A stretch of 64,000 nucleotides of DNA from a virus (taxonomy: Duplodnaviria; Caudoviricetes): IMG/VR virus record IMGVR_UViG_2890766748_000002, positions 27,330 to 91,329 of that record; one strand, 5' to 3'. Shown one piece after another: positions 38,461 through 48,155 of the stretch. A program made the translations under genes and the position numbers. A model generated the notes under the pieces. It saw only the letters and a list, made by a program, of their open reading frames with translations, made no database searches and was not told the DNA's origin. Positions within the stretch are counted from its first letter, which is position 1. Every line of letters begins with the position of its first letter.

Positions 38461-39414
38461 ATGGGACAACTCAAAGATTTTTTAAGCACCACGCAGAGCG
38501 CCGACGCTCAAAAATTGCGCGTTCCGGTGGGCACGAAGCGGCTGCCCAAAGCCGCCTTTATTGCTCTGGCGCTCGTACCAAAAAACACCTTGCCTGAATT
38601 CGGGGAGCAGTACACGCCCATCGGTGGCTCTGCAACCACTCTGACCCACCTCAACATCGTTTCTGCCCTTTTGAACCTGGTCCTCAACGGCCGGGGGTAT
38701 TTCTTTGGCAACGGTGTCGTCAACGGCAAGCGGGGTAAGCCGAAGGAAATGACGGAATCCGCGTTGTACGGTACCCGCACGAAGGCCCGGCCAACCGGCG
38801 AGCTGGAAGAGATGTGCGAATTCAAGTTCAAGCAGTTTTACATGAACAAAGAGTTCTTCAACGAACTGCGCGCCAATTCCACGGAGTACGATTACTACAT
38901 GTTCACCGACAAATCGGTCGAGGTGGTTCGCTATGACATCGACGAGCCGACGATCGACGGGGTAGGTGACGATGTGACGGGCAACATTGCAGATGAAATT
39001 GCGGGTGGCTTTAACATCACGTATTCCCGCGATGGCCAGATCATTCCGGTATTCGGCGAGTTTGAAAAAGAGGTCGCGGTATCGAAAGCCTCCTTCACCT
39101 TTGACACCGTGACTGCCACGACGCTGGTTTCAACCCTGGGCGGCAAAGTCTTCACCATGACGGCCGGAGCGGGCGGTTCGCTGGCATTCGCCGTCAACGA
39201 AGACGTCGAAGCGGGCGTTCTGGCTTTCTCCATTTTCACGTCCACCGGTGAGGCAATCCCGGGCGGTCAGCCGGTAACCATCAGCTCCGCGACTGGACTG
39301 GTGACGGTAGGCAACGGCATGACGGCCGGTACCTACAAGTACAAAGTAGCCGTCGAAAACGCCACCGGTGTGTTCGGCGAGCGTGAATTCTCCATCAAAG
39401 TAAACCCGGCATAA
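38461..39414 (+). CDS. Putative major tail tube protein with C-terminal Ig-like domain
   Basis: TISSATGLVTV...GTYKYKVAV Ig/cadherin-like C-terminus. Confidence 0.55.
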   Translation: MGQLKDFLSTTQSADAQKLRVPVGTKRLPKAAFIALALVPKNTLPEFGEQYTPIGGSATTLTHLNIVSALLNLVLNGRGYFFGNGVVNGKRGKPKEMTESALYGTRTKARPTGELEEMCEFKFKQFYMNKEFFNELRANSTEYDYYMFTDKSVEVVRYDIDEPTIDGVGDDVTGNIADEIAGGFNITYSRDGQIIPVFGEFEKEVAVSKASFTFDTVTATTLVSTLGGKVFTMTAGAGGSLAFAVNEDVEAGVLAFSIFTSTGEAIPGGQPVTISSATGLVTVGNGMTAGTYKYKVAVENATGVFGEREFSIKVNPA

Positions 39415-39424
39415 TCCTTCAGGA

Positions 39425-41383
39425 ATGCTATCGATCGCACAAATAACGCCGTATTTATCACTGGGAGCCGATCAGGCTCCCAGTGATAAATTGCGGCATG
39501 CCTTTTATTCAGAAAGTATCCTCCTGCGGGCGCATCTGGAGAAGGTTTTCGATAAAAAGTACCCGGATTATTTGGACATAAACCGTCCAAAAGAAAAGAA
39601 AGAATACAAGGATTATCGGAAGAAAATATACAAAAACCCTTTCAAGGGGCTGAAAACCCGCGTCATCAAGACGCTGGATTACATCCAGCAGGCGGATGAT
39701 TTCGAGGTGGCCTGGAAGTCGCTGGAAAATGTCACCGAGTCGCTTCAGTCGTATGCGACCGATTCTAAATTCTCGGTCGACGGCTCGTTTCAGAACTGGT
39801 TTTTCGAGCGGGTACGTCCGCGATACGTCAACGATCCAAACTCGGTGATGGTCGTTCTGCCCGGTCAGCAGCCTGCATCGGAAACGGAGTATGTGAAACC
39901 CCAGGCGTTTCTGATTGGCTGCGACAAGGTGTATGCGCACCGGAAGGCCACGTTTGCCGTTTTGGAATCGCCGGAAACGACGATCATGGCGGATGGAAAA
40001 AAGGGAAAGATTTTCTTTTTCCTTGATCACGACAGCTACACCATTGCCCGGCAGATTGCCAACCAGCCGACGGAAAAAGGTCAGGTTGCTATCAACTGGG
40101 AAATTCTGGGAGTGGCCAGCGAAATCGTTCTGGATCCGGAAGGAAAAGAAGTGGTCGTTCAGACCTTCAGACCTCCGTTGCACAACTGCCCGAAAATGCC
40201 TGCCGTCAAAATCGGCAAGGAGCTGGTGAAATCCAACGATGCCGGTGAGGAGCTGTACGAGTCGATTCTTACCGATGCGCTGCCGTTCATCGAACTGGCA
40301 CAAGGGACCCAGAACGACATTCAGGTCGAACTGAATTTCCACGTCAGCAGCGAGGAGTGGCGGTATGCGTCGAAGCGGTGCCCGGATGCGGATTCGTCCG
40401 ATCCGAACAACCGGTGTATCGACGGCAACAAAACGGTTCGCAGCGAAGACGGAACCGCCGTGATCGGCTTTAAAACCTGCGAAAAATGCAAGGGTACAGG
40501 GTCTGGTGTTTCGGGGTCTGGCTTGGGTTACATTCTGGTAACGCCGGATACGAAAACCAGCTTCGGAGACTCCGAGAAGTCAAGCAACATGCCCATTCCG
40601 CCGGGCGGCTTTATCCCGCGCTCGATCGAGCCGCTGGTCAAGCTGGTGGAGGAATACAAACGCTACAAAGAGGAGGCTTATCAGGAAATCAACATGCAGT
40701 TCCTGATGAAAACGCCGTACGATGAGTCGGGGGTTTCCAAGCGGTTCGACCGGGAGGAGCTATACCGGGAACTCAACACCCAGGCCGCTCACCTCTGCGA
40801 TTTGCTGGCGATCGGTTTTGCTTTCATTGCCTATCTGCGCCACAAAGAAAAAGCGGTTGACCAAATCCCGGCCGTATTGGTACCGGTGCGGTTCAATCTG
40901 GAAAATGCCGAGCTGACCCGCGAGGAGCTGGTAGAAGCGGTTGACAAGGATTTCGATTCGAACCTCCGCGCTCCGCTGGAAAAGAAACTCATCGCTTACC
41001 AGACCGGCGAAGATTCGGACTACTTCAAAAAGTACGAACTCCGCGAGCTTCTCAATCCCTATCCGGGCAAATCGCCGGAAGAGCTGCTTTTTATGGCCGC
41101 ATCCGCCCGGACGCTGATTGCGCCGAACAGTCCGCAAATGCAGGCGATGCTCGAACGGGTGTGGTTTGCTATCAATTTCGACGGACTGGTAAACGACTGT
41201 TTGCGGTCAGACAAAGGTTTCTGGGATTTATCCATTGAACAGAAGTACGAAAAACTACTGGCTGAGAATAAGAAACTCATCGGGGATCTGGCTAATCCGA
41301 TGATCGGTCCGGATGGGAAACCCGTCGTTGGGCCGGTTCAGTTGGCTCCGCCGGTTGATATCACCAATTACTCGCAAACCTGA
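39425..41383 (+). CDS. Portal protein with Cys-rich insertion
   Basis: 652 aa before the MuF-like gene; ESGVSKRFDREE motif; C...C..CEKCKGTG. Confidence 0.7.
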   Translation: MLSIAQITPYLSLGADQAPSDKLRHAFYSESILLRAHLEKVFDKKYPDYLDINRPKEKKEYKDYRKKIYKNPFKGLKTRVIKTLDYIQQADDFEVAWKSLENVTESLQSYATDSKFSVDGSFQNWFFERVRPRYVNDPNSVMVVLPGQQPASETEYVKPQAFLIGCDKVYAHRKATFAVLESPETTIMADGKKGKIFFFLDHDSYTIARQIANQPTEKGQVAINWEILGVASEIVLDPEGKEVVVQTFRPPLHNCPKMPAVKIGKELVKSNDAGEELYESILTDALPFIELAQGTQNDIQVELNFHVSSEEWRYASKRCPDADSSDPNNRCIDGNKTVRSEDGTAVIGFKTCEKCKGTGSGVSGSGLGYILVTPDTKTSFGDSEKSSNMPIPPGGFIPRSIEPLVKLVEEYKRYKEEAYQEINMQFLMKTPYDESGVSKRFDREELYRELNTQAAHLCDLLAIGFAFIAYLRHKEKAVDQIPAVLVPVRFNLENAELTREELVEAVDKDFDSNLRAPLEKKLIAYQTGEDSDYFKKYELRELLNPYPGKSPEELLFMAASARTLIAPNSPQMQAMLERVWFAINFDGLVNDCLRSDKGFWDLSIEQKYEKLLAENKKLIGDLANPMIGPDGKPVVGPVQLAPPVDITNYSQT

Positions 41384-42219
41384 TGGAGGAACTGGAGGAT
41401 ATCATCGATCTGAACAACAACATGGCCGTTTGGGATGCGGAGTTTCTGACGGCACTGGCGGCCGTCAATGGTCAGGTACTGGATTCGCTGAATGGTCTGA
41501 TCGACCGGCTGAGCTTCAACGGAAAGGCAACCACACCGGCCGAAATGCGCGCCAACATGCGCGAGGTGACGATGTGGCGGGCAAATATCATTGACCTGGT
41601 GAATCAATCAGGAATGCGGGATGCGGTACGGGTTCTGGTGAACCGCATGGGTCAGGGCACGGCCCGTCTCAATACGTACTTCGAAAAGATCGATGCGTCG
41701 TTTTCACCCGAACCGTACCGCATGCTGCTGGAGAATCTGACGACTCAAACCGTCTCACTGCTGACCGGCTCGGTTGTCGATTCGGTGTATGGCCGTCAGC
41801 TGGGAGATGTGCTGGACTGGCACGTGCTGACCAAGTCGACCGGTGCCGAGGTTCGATCGGTTTTGAGGGAGAAGCTGACGGAAGGTTCGATCCTTTCCAA
41901 AGACTTACACCGGGTTGCCAGCGACGCACTGTATACCTACAGTCGCGGCTACACGATGGCAGTAGCTGAGGGCCTTGGACTAAAGCACTTCTTTTTCATG
42001 GGAACGGCTATTACCACGACACGCAAGTTTTGCAACGAGCGTATCGGGAAAGCCTTTTCGCAAAAAGAAGTAGAAGCCTGGGCCGATCTGACCTGGTCAG
42101 GGAAAAATGAGGCTACGACCAAAACGACGATATTCTGGTATTGCGGGGGCTACAATTGCCGCCACCGCTTACTGCCGATTTCTAAATCAATGTTCAACCA
42201 ATTTCAAAACCAAAACTGA
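41383..42219 (+). CDS. Head morphogenesis / minor capsid protein (MuF/gp7-like)
   Basis: TTRKFC...GGYNCRHRL. Confidence 0.8.
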   Translation: MEELEDIIDLNNNMAVWDAEFLTALAAVNGQVLDSLNGLIDRLSFNGKATTPAEMRANMREVTMWRANIIDLVNQSGMRDAVRVLVNRMGQGTARLNTYFEKIDASFSPEPYRMLLENLTTQTVSLLTGSVVDSVYGRQLGDVLDWHVLTKSTGAEVRSVLREKLTEGSILSKDLHRVASDALYTYSRGYTMAVAEGLGLKHFFFMGTAITTTRKFCNERIGKAFSQKEVEAWADLTWSGKNEATTKTTIFWYCGGYNCRHRLLPISKSMFNQFQNQN

Positions 42220-42596
42220 TGTCAAAATCCATTGAAGAGCTAAAGCCCAGTGACCGGGTAATGATTCGGCTGGGTGAAAAATCACACTTTGACCCCACTA
42301 CAGGTGAAAAAGTCGTCGTGGAAAAGGCCAAAGAAATCGATGTGCCCTACTCGTATTTTCTGGAAGTGACCAAACACGATTCAGATTACAATGCGAAAAA
42401 TGACTACTCCAAACCCCTGGGACGTACTGTAAAGCTGATTGGCACCGCCGAGTTTGAAGGGGTAGTAACAGAGTTCGGGGAAAAAGTCGATGTCGCCAAC
42501 ACCGTTCCTTTGGACAAAACCAAGAAGAAAGGAAAAGGGAAAGGTAAGGAAGAAGGTGCCGGTGATGGCGATTCAGACGAAGATCCTGAAGAATAA
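42219..42596 (+). CDS. Hypothetical protein
   Basis: Coupled ORF with K-rich and acidic tail. Confidence 0.6.
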   Translation: MSKSIEELKPSDRVMIRLGEKSHFDPTTGEKVVVEKAKEIDVPYSYFLEVTKHDSDYNAKNDYSKPLGRTVKLIGTAEFEGVVTEFGEKVDVANTVPLDKTKKKGKGKGKEEGAGDGDSDEDPEE

Positions 42597-42700
42597 GATT
42601 TAATCGTTTTGGCGGTTTCAAAAAACCGTCCGTGACGGCGATCCGTCGACCTGGCTGAAAGGCAAACCACTTTTAAACTGGCCGTAAGGCAAATCGTGAA

Positions 42701-43528
42701 ATGCAATTAAAAGAACTCTTTAAAAAACTGGCGACCCGAGCGGGCGTAAACGCAACGGAAGCAAAACTGACTGCAGCGATCGACGCTCTACCCGAACTGG
42801 ATGTTGATGATGACCTGGTTGCAAAGCCACTCATCGACAAACTTATTACAGAGGAGGAAGCAGGAAATCGCCCCACGTTGAAAAAGAAATTTGCTGCTGA
42901 AGCCTTAAATGGAGCCGATGCCATAATTGATCCAATTTTGGCAGAACTCTTCACGCCGGAAGAAATCGAAGCCTTGAAAAAAGAGGAAAAGGCAACGATG
43001 AAGAAAATCGGCAAGCTCGCTACCAAAGCGAAAGAGTTGAAAACGGCCGGCGGAAATCCAACCGATACCGCCAAGGCTATCGCTGACCTGAATACCGAAA
43101 TCACCAAGTTGAAAACCGAAAAGGAATCGGAAGTCAACACGCTGAAAAAGCTGCATGAAGAGGAACGGTACTTTGATCGGCTGGCCAGCAAAGTGATCCG
43201 TCGTAGCGATGTAGTCGACTACGCCAAGGCGAAAGAAGGTGTTCGGGTTGTGGCTGATTTCAAAGACACATTGAACACCGTTGGCGGGATTCTGGACATC
43301 ACGACCGGGAAAATCATGCAAAAGGCAGATCCATCGATGGAATTATACATTGATAACAAAGCCGTTACCGCTGATTTGCTGCTTGAAAAAACGCTGACGG
43401 AAAACGAGTACCTCAAAAAGTCAGAAGGCCCGGGACCTGCCGGATCCATCACCGTTCCCGGTGGCGGAAACGAAGGCCAGATGACGGAAGCGCAAAAGCG
43501 AAACGCTGAGCGATTTAAACAACAATAA
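42701..43528 (+). CDS. Capsid scaffolding protein
   Basis: Charged coiled coil, G/P-rich C-terminus, directly before the capsid gene. Confidence 0.7.
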   Translation: MQLKELFKKLATRAGVNATEAKLTAAIDALPELDVDDDLVAKPLIDKLITEEEAGNRPTLKKKFAAEALNGADAIIDPILAELFTPEEIEALKKEEKATMKKIGKLATKAKELKTAGGNPTDTAKAIADLNTEITKLKTEKESEVNTLKKLHEEERYFDRLASKVIRRSDVVDYAKAKEGVRVVADFKDTLNTVGGILDITTGKIMQKADPSMELYIDNKAVTADLLLEKTLTENEYLKKSEGPGPAGSITVPGGGNEGQMTEAQKRNAERFKQQ

Positions 43529-43605
43529 CACCCGGGCGGAACCGGGAGCTAGATTCCGTACCGCAGCCTGTCGGACACAGGCAATCGTAACTTGTAAACC
43601 TTAAA

Positions 43606-44745
43606 ATGGCATCAGGCTTAAACATTGCAGCGGCTCGAATTGCGACGGCCGCAATCAATCACACGCTGGGAAACCGTAAAAAGTTCTCTCCGTTGGGCGC
43701 TGTTCAGGCGGCCCGCTCTCCCCAATTATCGGAGCTCATCAAAGAAATGAATCCGAAAAACGCCAAGAATGACAACCGCTTGTCGATCATTCAGGGGCAA
43801 TCCACTCCCCAGGCGAGGGTGACGTTGAACTACCGGCCGCAACACGAAGCGACGGTGAAAACCTCGCGGACGGTTGCCAACGGCTCCAACCCGGTAGGGG
43901 CTACGGCTTTAAACGTTGATTACAACACGCACCGCGAGTTGGACTTGACGTACCGCACGGTTGATTTGATGGCGTTGGAGAAAGAAGCAGAAACGTACCT
44001 GCAGAAACTCAACGCCGGACAGCTGACGGTGAACCTGCCGGGCTTCCAATTGCTCAGCGACATGGGTGACCAGATTATGCGGAAATCAGACAGCGTTCTG
44101 GTGAATGTTAACACCTCGGTCCTGACCGCCATTATTTCTGCTGTCGGTGGCAACCTGTTGCTGGGAACTTCAAGCAATACGGCGGTACAGAACATTCAGG
44201 CATTCAATTCGGACGGCTCAGTCAATCCGAATGTGATGGACTGGTTCAACAACATGCGGACGGTTCACCAGTTCGAAGGTCGTCCGATTGTCATCGGTGG
44301 TCTGAAAGCCCTGACGTATTTCAGCCGGAAGAAAATCGTCTCTCCAGCTGCCATCGGTTACGATTTCGCCAAAGTGTTCGCGGAACTGGATGTAGAATTC
44401 TACTACGATCCGCTGGTCGATACCCTGTCGGGGCAAGATCACATCATTGTGATCGATCCGGGTGCTTTCTGCATGGAAACGATCGCCGAACACGAAGATG
44501 TAATCATGCAGCAGAAGGTGGCAAACACCACCTACGGTTCGGCGACAATCTCGGTTGCCCAAACCGATGCACCAACGTTTTCACTGGATATGGATATCCG
44601 GGTGAAAGAAGAGGATCTGGCCTATCCGCAGTGGACAATCACCCCGTCCATCCATTTCGGCACGTTTGCACGGCCCGCCGGATACCACAAAAATTACGAT
44701 GGATGGGAAACCGTCACCGGAGTTTTCCGCGCCAAACTAATCTAA
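43606..44745 (+). CDS. Major capsid protein
   Basis: 379 aa after the scaffold, followed by a strong terminator. Confidence 0.7.
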   Translation: MASGLNIAAARIATAAINHTLGNRKKFSPLGAVQAARSPQLSELIKEMNPKNAKNDNRLSIIQGQSTPQARVTLNYRPQHEATVKTSRTVANGSNPVGATALNVDYNTHRELDLTYRTVDLMALEKEAETYLQKLNAGQLTVNLPGFQLLSDMGDQIMRKSDSVLVNVNTSVLTAIISAVGGNLLLGTSSNTAVQNIQAFNSDGSVNPNVMDWFNNMRTVHQFEGRPIVIGGLKALTYFSRKKIVSPAAIGYDFAKVFAELDVEFYYDPLVDTLSGQDHIIVIDPGAFCMETIAEHEDVIMQQKVANTTYGSATISVAQTDAPTFSLDMDIRVKEEDLAYPQWTITPSIHFGTFARPAGYHKNYDGWETVTGVFRAKLI

Positions 44746-44754
44746 TCACCTTCA

Positions 44755-44793
44755 TTTTCAGCTACCAGATATAAGGTGTCTGGTAGCTGAAAA
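44755..44793. terminator. Hairpin after the capsid gene
   Basis: TTTTCAGCTACCAGA / TCTGGTAGCTGAAAA. Confidence 0.75.
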
Positions 44794-44829
44794 TAGGGTA
44801 TCAACTCCATTTTTTAAACCTGCTTTTTC

Positions 44830-45339
44830 ATGGCTTGGGTCATCACTAAATTAGGTAAAACCATCAAAGCCGTTGACGGCTCGGATGTTCGGGTTTTTAC
44901 GAACCCGGTATTTCTTCTTTTTGCCGCAGCGGTTTTTCCGACGGTGCCGGTTCCCTGCGTAGAAATCAGCCAGGGTGGTAAATCTCTGCAACTGACCGGG
45001 GCATCGATCACCACGATTGACGGCGCGGCTCCAGCTGGTTCACTGGCGGGGATTCTCGATCAGCTACTGGTGACGCCTGCTGGCAACACCTCAGCGCAGA
45101 CGGCGGCAACAGGTACGAACTACACGACTTTTGCTTCGCAGGTCTGTAGCCAGTTGACGCTGTTCAACAACACCGCTGCAGCCATCGATGTCCAGCAGGG
45201 CGGGGCAGGAGCTGCGGTTTCGGTACCAGTCGGCGCTTCGTTCACGTTCGTGGGCATTACCAACGCCAACCAGCTGGGCGTTCGGCGGACCGACACGAGC
45301 AACACGCAGGTCACCGTCGGCGCCCGCTGGCAGGCCTAA
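44830..45339 (+). CDS. Putative head decoration / fibre protein
   Basis: T/A/G-rich beta protein after the capsid gene. Confidence 0.45.
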   Translation: MAWVITKLGKTIKAVDGSDVRVFTNPVFLLFAAAVFPTVPVPCVEISQGGKSLQLTGASITTIDGAAPAGSLAGILDQLLVTPAGNTSAQTAATGTNYTTFASQVCSQLTLFNNTAAAIDVQQGGAGAAVSVPVGASFTFVGITNANQLGVRRTDTSNTQVTVGARWQA

Positions 45340-45409
45340 GCTTTCCGACTAATTCACCCATTCATCACCAGTAGCCGGCGCGGTGTCGGCTACTCTTTTC
45401 AAACTTCTC

Positions 45410-45601
45410 ATGGATTCGCAATTAACCCAATCGGCTACGTCTTTGACAGAAGAAGCCGCAAAAACCATTTTTGAAGGCCTGACAAACGAAGGCTTTACGG
45501 CTGGCGACAAAATTGAAATTGTTCGGGCGGTCGGTGCGCTGATCCGCACGGATCTGGACAACCAAATCGCGGCTCTCACCAAAATCCGATCCTCCATCTA
45601 A
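45410..45601 (+). CDS. Small hypothetical protein
   Basis: Coupled to the next gene (TAATG). Confidence 0.55.
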   Translation: MDSQLTQSATSLTEEAAKTIFEGLTNEGFTAGDKIEIVRAVGALIRTDLDNQIAALTKIRSSI

Positions 45602-46095
45602 TGGATTTGAAGTTTAAAAAACCGGCGAACGCTCCGCAGCTGAGCGACGCCCCGGAGGTCGAAATGCCTTCGCATGAACCGGAAGACAATCCCGAAAAGT
45701 GGTATCACCGGTTTTACAGCCTGCGGGTCCTTATGGGACTGGCCATTGCTTTTCTGGCGTTCTGGGTGCTGGCCGACTGGACTGGATGGACGGCGGCCCG
45801 GATGCGGCCCGGTCAGATCGTCTACAGCAACGAGATGGTTCAGCTCTGGACTGCGGCTTACCGGCTGGTTTTTGTCATTTCTGTGGCGGTGGCAATCATC
45901 CGCTTAACGATACCGATTTTAACGGAGTACTGGCGACAGGATGCTTCTACGGCGATCGATGCAACTACGGATTTTAAAAAGCTCACCCCTCAACAACGAT
46001 TATGGTTTTCGTTCGCTGTCTTACTTGCCTTCTGTTACTTATTTGTACAGTTGCTTCTGGTCAAACTGCCCGAATCGCTGAGCGTCGGGCCGTAA
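45601..46095 (+). CDS. Three-TM protein, holin candidate
   Basis: Three hydrophobic helices directly upstream of the lysin. Confidence 0.55.
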   Translation: MDLKFKKPANAPQLSDAPEVEMPSHEPEDNPEKWYHRFYSLRVLMGLAIAFLAFWVLADWTGWTAARMRPGQIVYSNEMVQLWTAAYRLVFVISVAVAIIRLTIPILTEYWRQDASTAIDATTDFKKLTPQQRLWFSFAVLLAFCYLFVQLLLVKLPESLSVGP

Positions 46096-46556
46096 TTGGT
46101 GCGGCCACCAAATACGTCGGGATCCGGGAAACCGGCAACAACCGGGGTAAACCGGCTTCGCTGTTCATGACGCCCTACGGCTACCCGCCGGGCACCGCCT
46201 GGTGCGCGCTGTTTGTCCACCACGTTTTTACCATTGCCGGAGTTTCACATGGCGTGAAAGGTGCTGCTCTGGCCGCGAACTGGTCAGTCCCGGCTGCCGT
46301 CATCGTCAACCGGGCAGGAAAGCTCACCGGTTCGAAAGTGCCGGTAGCGGGTGACCTGGTGCTGTTTCGGTTTCAGGGCAAGCGCATCGATCACATCGAA
46401 TTGATTGTCCGCTGGTCAATCGACGAGGATGAAACCTACTTCTTTTCCATCGGTGGCAATACCTCCAATCCATCGAACCCCAAACAGGAGGGAGTTTATA
46501 TTAAAAAGCGATCGAAAAGGGAAGCCTACATGGTGGTGAACCGGATCGATCTGTAG
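46002..46556 (+). CDS. CHAP-domain endolysin with N-terminal signal sequence
   Basis: YVGIRE.GNNRG, AWCALFV, GDLVLF, DHI, IGGNT. Confidence 0.85.
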   Translation: MVFVRCLTCLLLLICTVASGQTARIAERRAVIGAATKYVGIRETGNNRGKPASLFMTPYGYPPGTAWCALFVHHVFTIAGVSHGVKGAALAANWSVPAAVIVNRAGKLTGSKVPVAGDLVLFRFQGKRIDHIELIVRWSIDEDETYFFSIGGNTSNPSNPKQEGVYIKKRSKREAYMVVNRIDL

Positions 46557-46587
46557 TGATTTTTTAACCGTAACTGTACTTAATCAA

Positions 46588-47385
46588 ATGAAATTTCTCA
46601 AACTCAAAGAGCTGTATTTGCTCGTTCCGCTTTTGGTTCTCATGGCGGCACGGCCGTGGCGATCGGCCAATCAGGTGCTTGGACTCGTTCCGCCCGTCGA
46701 CTCGGTTTCCTCCGTTGGATTTGATCAGGATAGCGTCCTGATGCAACCGGTGCAAATTGTCTTGCCGCAGTCCGCAGTCGATACGATTTCCACCCGCATT
46801 GCCGAGCGGGATTCTCAGAAAGTGGCATTAAAAGACCGGCTACACAGTACCGAAAAGGAAATCGCCAAAACCGAAAAACAGATTCAGGCCAAGGAAAAGG
46901 AGCTGAGGAAAAAGCAGGAGAACCTCGTTACCCTGGAGGAAATCTACGACATGGAGGATCGCCAGCGCCAGCGAAAGGACCACGACTTTCCCTAGCTCAA
47001 AATAAGCAAACGCGAACGCTGGGCCCAGTGCATTGCCCGGATCCGGTCTGCCGGTTTTCGCTTTCCTGAAACCGCCTGCGGGATATCCTTTCTGGAAACT
47101 GGCGGTTGGCAGGAGAAAGACCGGATGACGAGGTACAACAACTGGTTCGCGTTCAAGAAAAACAGTCGGAACCTGCATGCCGACCTCGGGAAAAGCAGCT
47201 ACTGCATCTACGCAACCGTAGGGCATTCGCTGACTGATTACCGCCTTTACGAGCAGATGGTGATCGAAAAGTACGGCATTCGAACAGAATCCGCTTACCG
47301 GTCGCACATCGCTACCCACTACGCTTACGACCGGCGCTACGGTCAAAAACTCCAAAAGGCAATCGAGCATACCAAGACTTTATGA
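46588..47385 (+). pseudogene. Signal peptide + coiled coil + GH73 glucosaminidase-type lysin interrupted by an in-frame TAG (46993-46995); nonsense allele or readthrough gene
   Basis: Frame continues after TAG as LKISKRERW...ISFLETGG...YNNWFAFK...SLTDY...YAYDRRYGQKL. Confidence 0.8.
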
Positions 47386-48155
47386 ATTACCAACCTGAAG
47401 ACTGTTTTATTGGATCTCCGAAACGGGGCATTCGGCTGCTCGAAGCCGTTACCGTCTGCGTGAACTACGCCGACATTTTAGCTCACACGCTGCCCTCAAT
47501 GCTGCTGGCGGTCGATCGGCTGGTGGTCGTTACCGATACCAGAGATGAGGCCACAGCGCGGCTTTGTGAGGCTTACGATGTCGAATTCGTCCGGACCGAT
47601 GCGTTTTACGACGACGGGGCAACGTTCAACAAGGCCCGGGGCATAAACGCAGGCCTTGCCCGGCTGAGTCAAAGCGACTGGGTGTTGCACATCGATTCCG
47701 ATATCTATCTGCCTCCACGGACCCGGATGATCCTGAACAGCATCTACCTTGATCCGTTCGGTATTCACGGTGTCGACCGGATGAACTGTTTTGGACTTCG
47801 CAACTGGATTCGCTACATCTCGGCACCACCGTCGATGCACCAGGGCTATTACCTGGTTCATGCCAACGTGTTTCCCATGGGCAGCCGGGTCTGCCACTAC
47901 AACGCGGATGGCTATTTCCCGATCGGCTTTTTCCAGCTCTGGAATCCCCGCCGGTCAGGCATCATCCGGTATCCGGAAAACTGGGTAGGGGCTGATCATA
48001 CCGACGTCGTGTTTTCCAAATCGTTTCCGATCGAGAGCCGACGGCTGATTCCCGACTTCTATGTGATTCACCTGGATTCCCAGAAAGCGGAAATGGGCGT
48101 CAACTGGATGGGTCGCAAAACCCGGCCGTTCACCATCGACGAGAAGCCATGTTAA
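47382..48155 (+). CDS. GT-A fold (GT2-like) glycosyltransferase
   Basis: FNKARGINAG, WVLHIDSDI (DxD), GFFQL. Confidence 0.8.
   Translation: MNYQPEDCFIGSPKRGIRLLEAVTVCVNYADILAHTLPSMLLAVDRLVVVTDTRDEATARLCEAYDVEFVRTDAFYDDGATFNKARGINAGLARLSQSDWVLHIDSDIYLPPRTRMILNSIYLDPFGIHGVDRMNCFGLRNWIRYISAPPSMHQGYYLVHANVFPMGSRVCHYNADGYFPIGFFQLWNPRRSGIIRYPENWVGADHTDVVFSKSFPIESRRLIPDFYVIHLDSQKAEMGVNWMGRKTRPFTIDEKPC

Noticed and set aside
43514-43590. Scaffold-capsid fusion by frameshift at TTTAAAC plus pseudoknot
   Set aside because: The heptamer is not in the -1 slippery register, and the capsid frame has stops at 43516 and 43588
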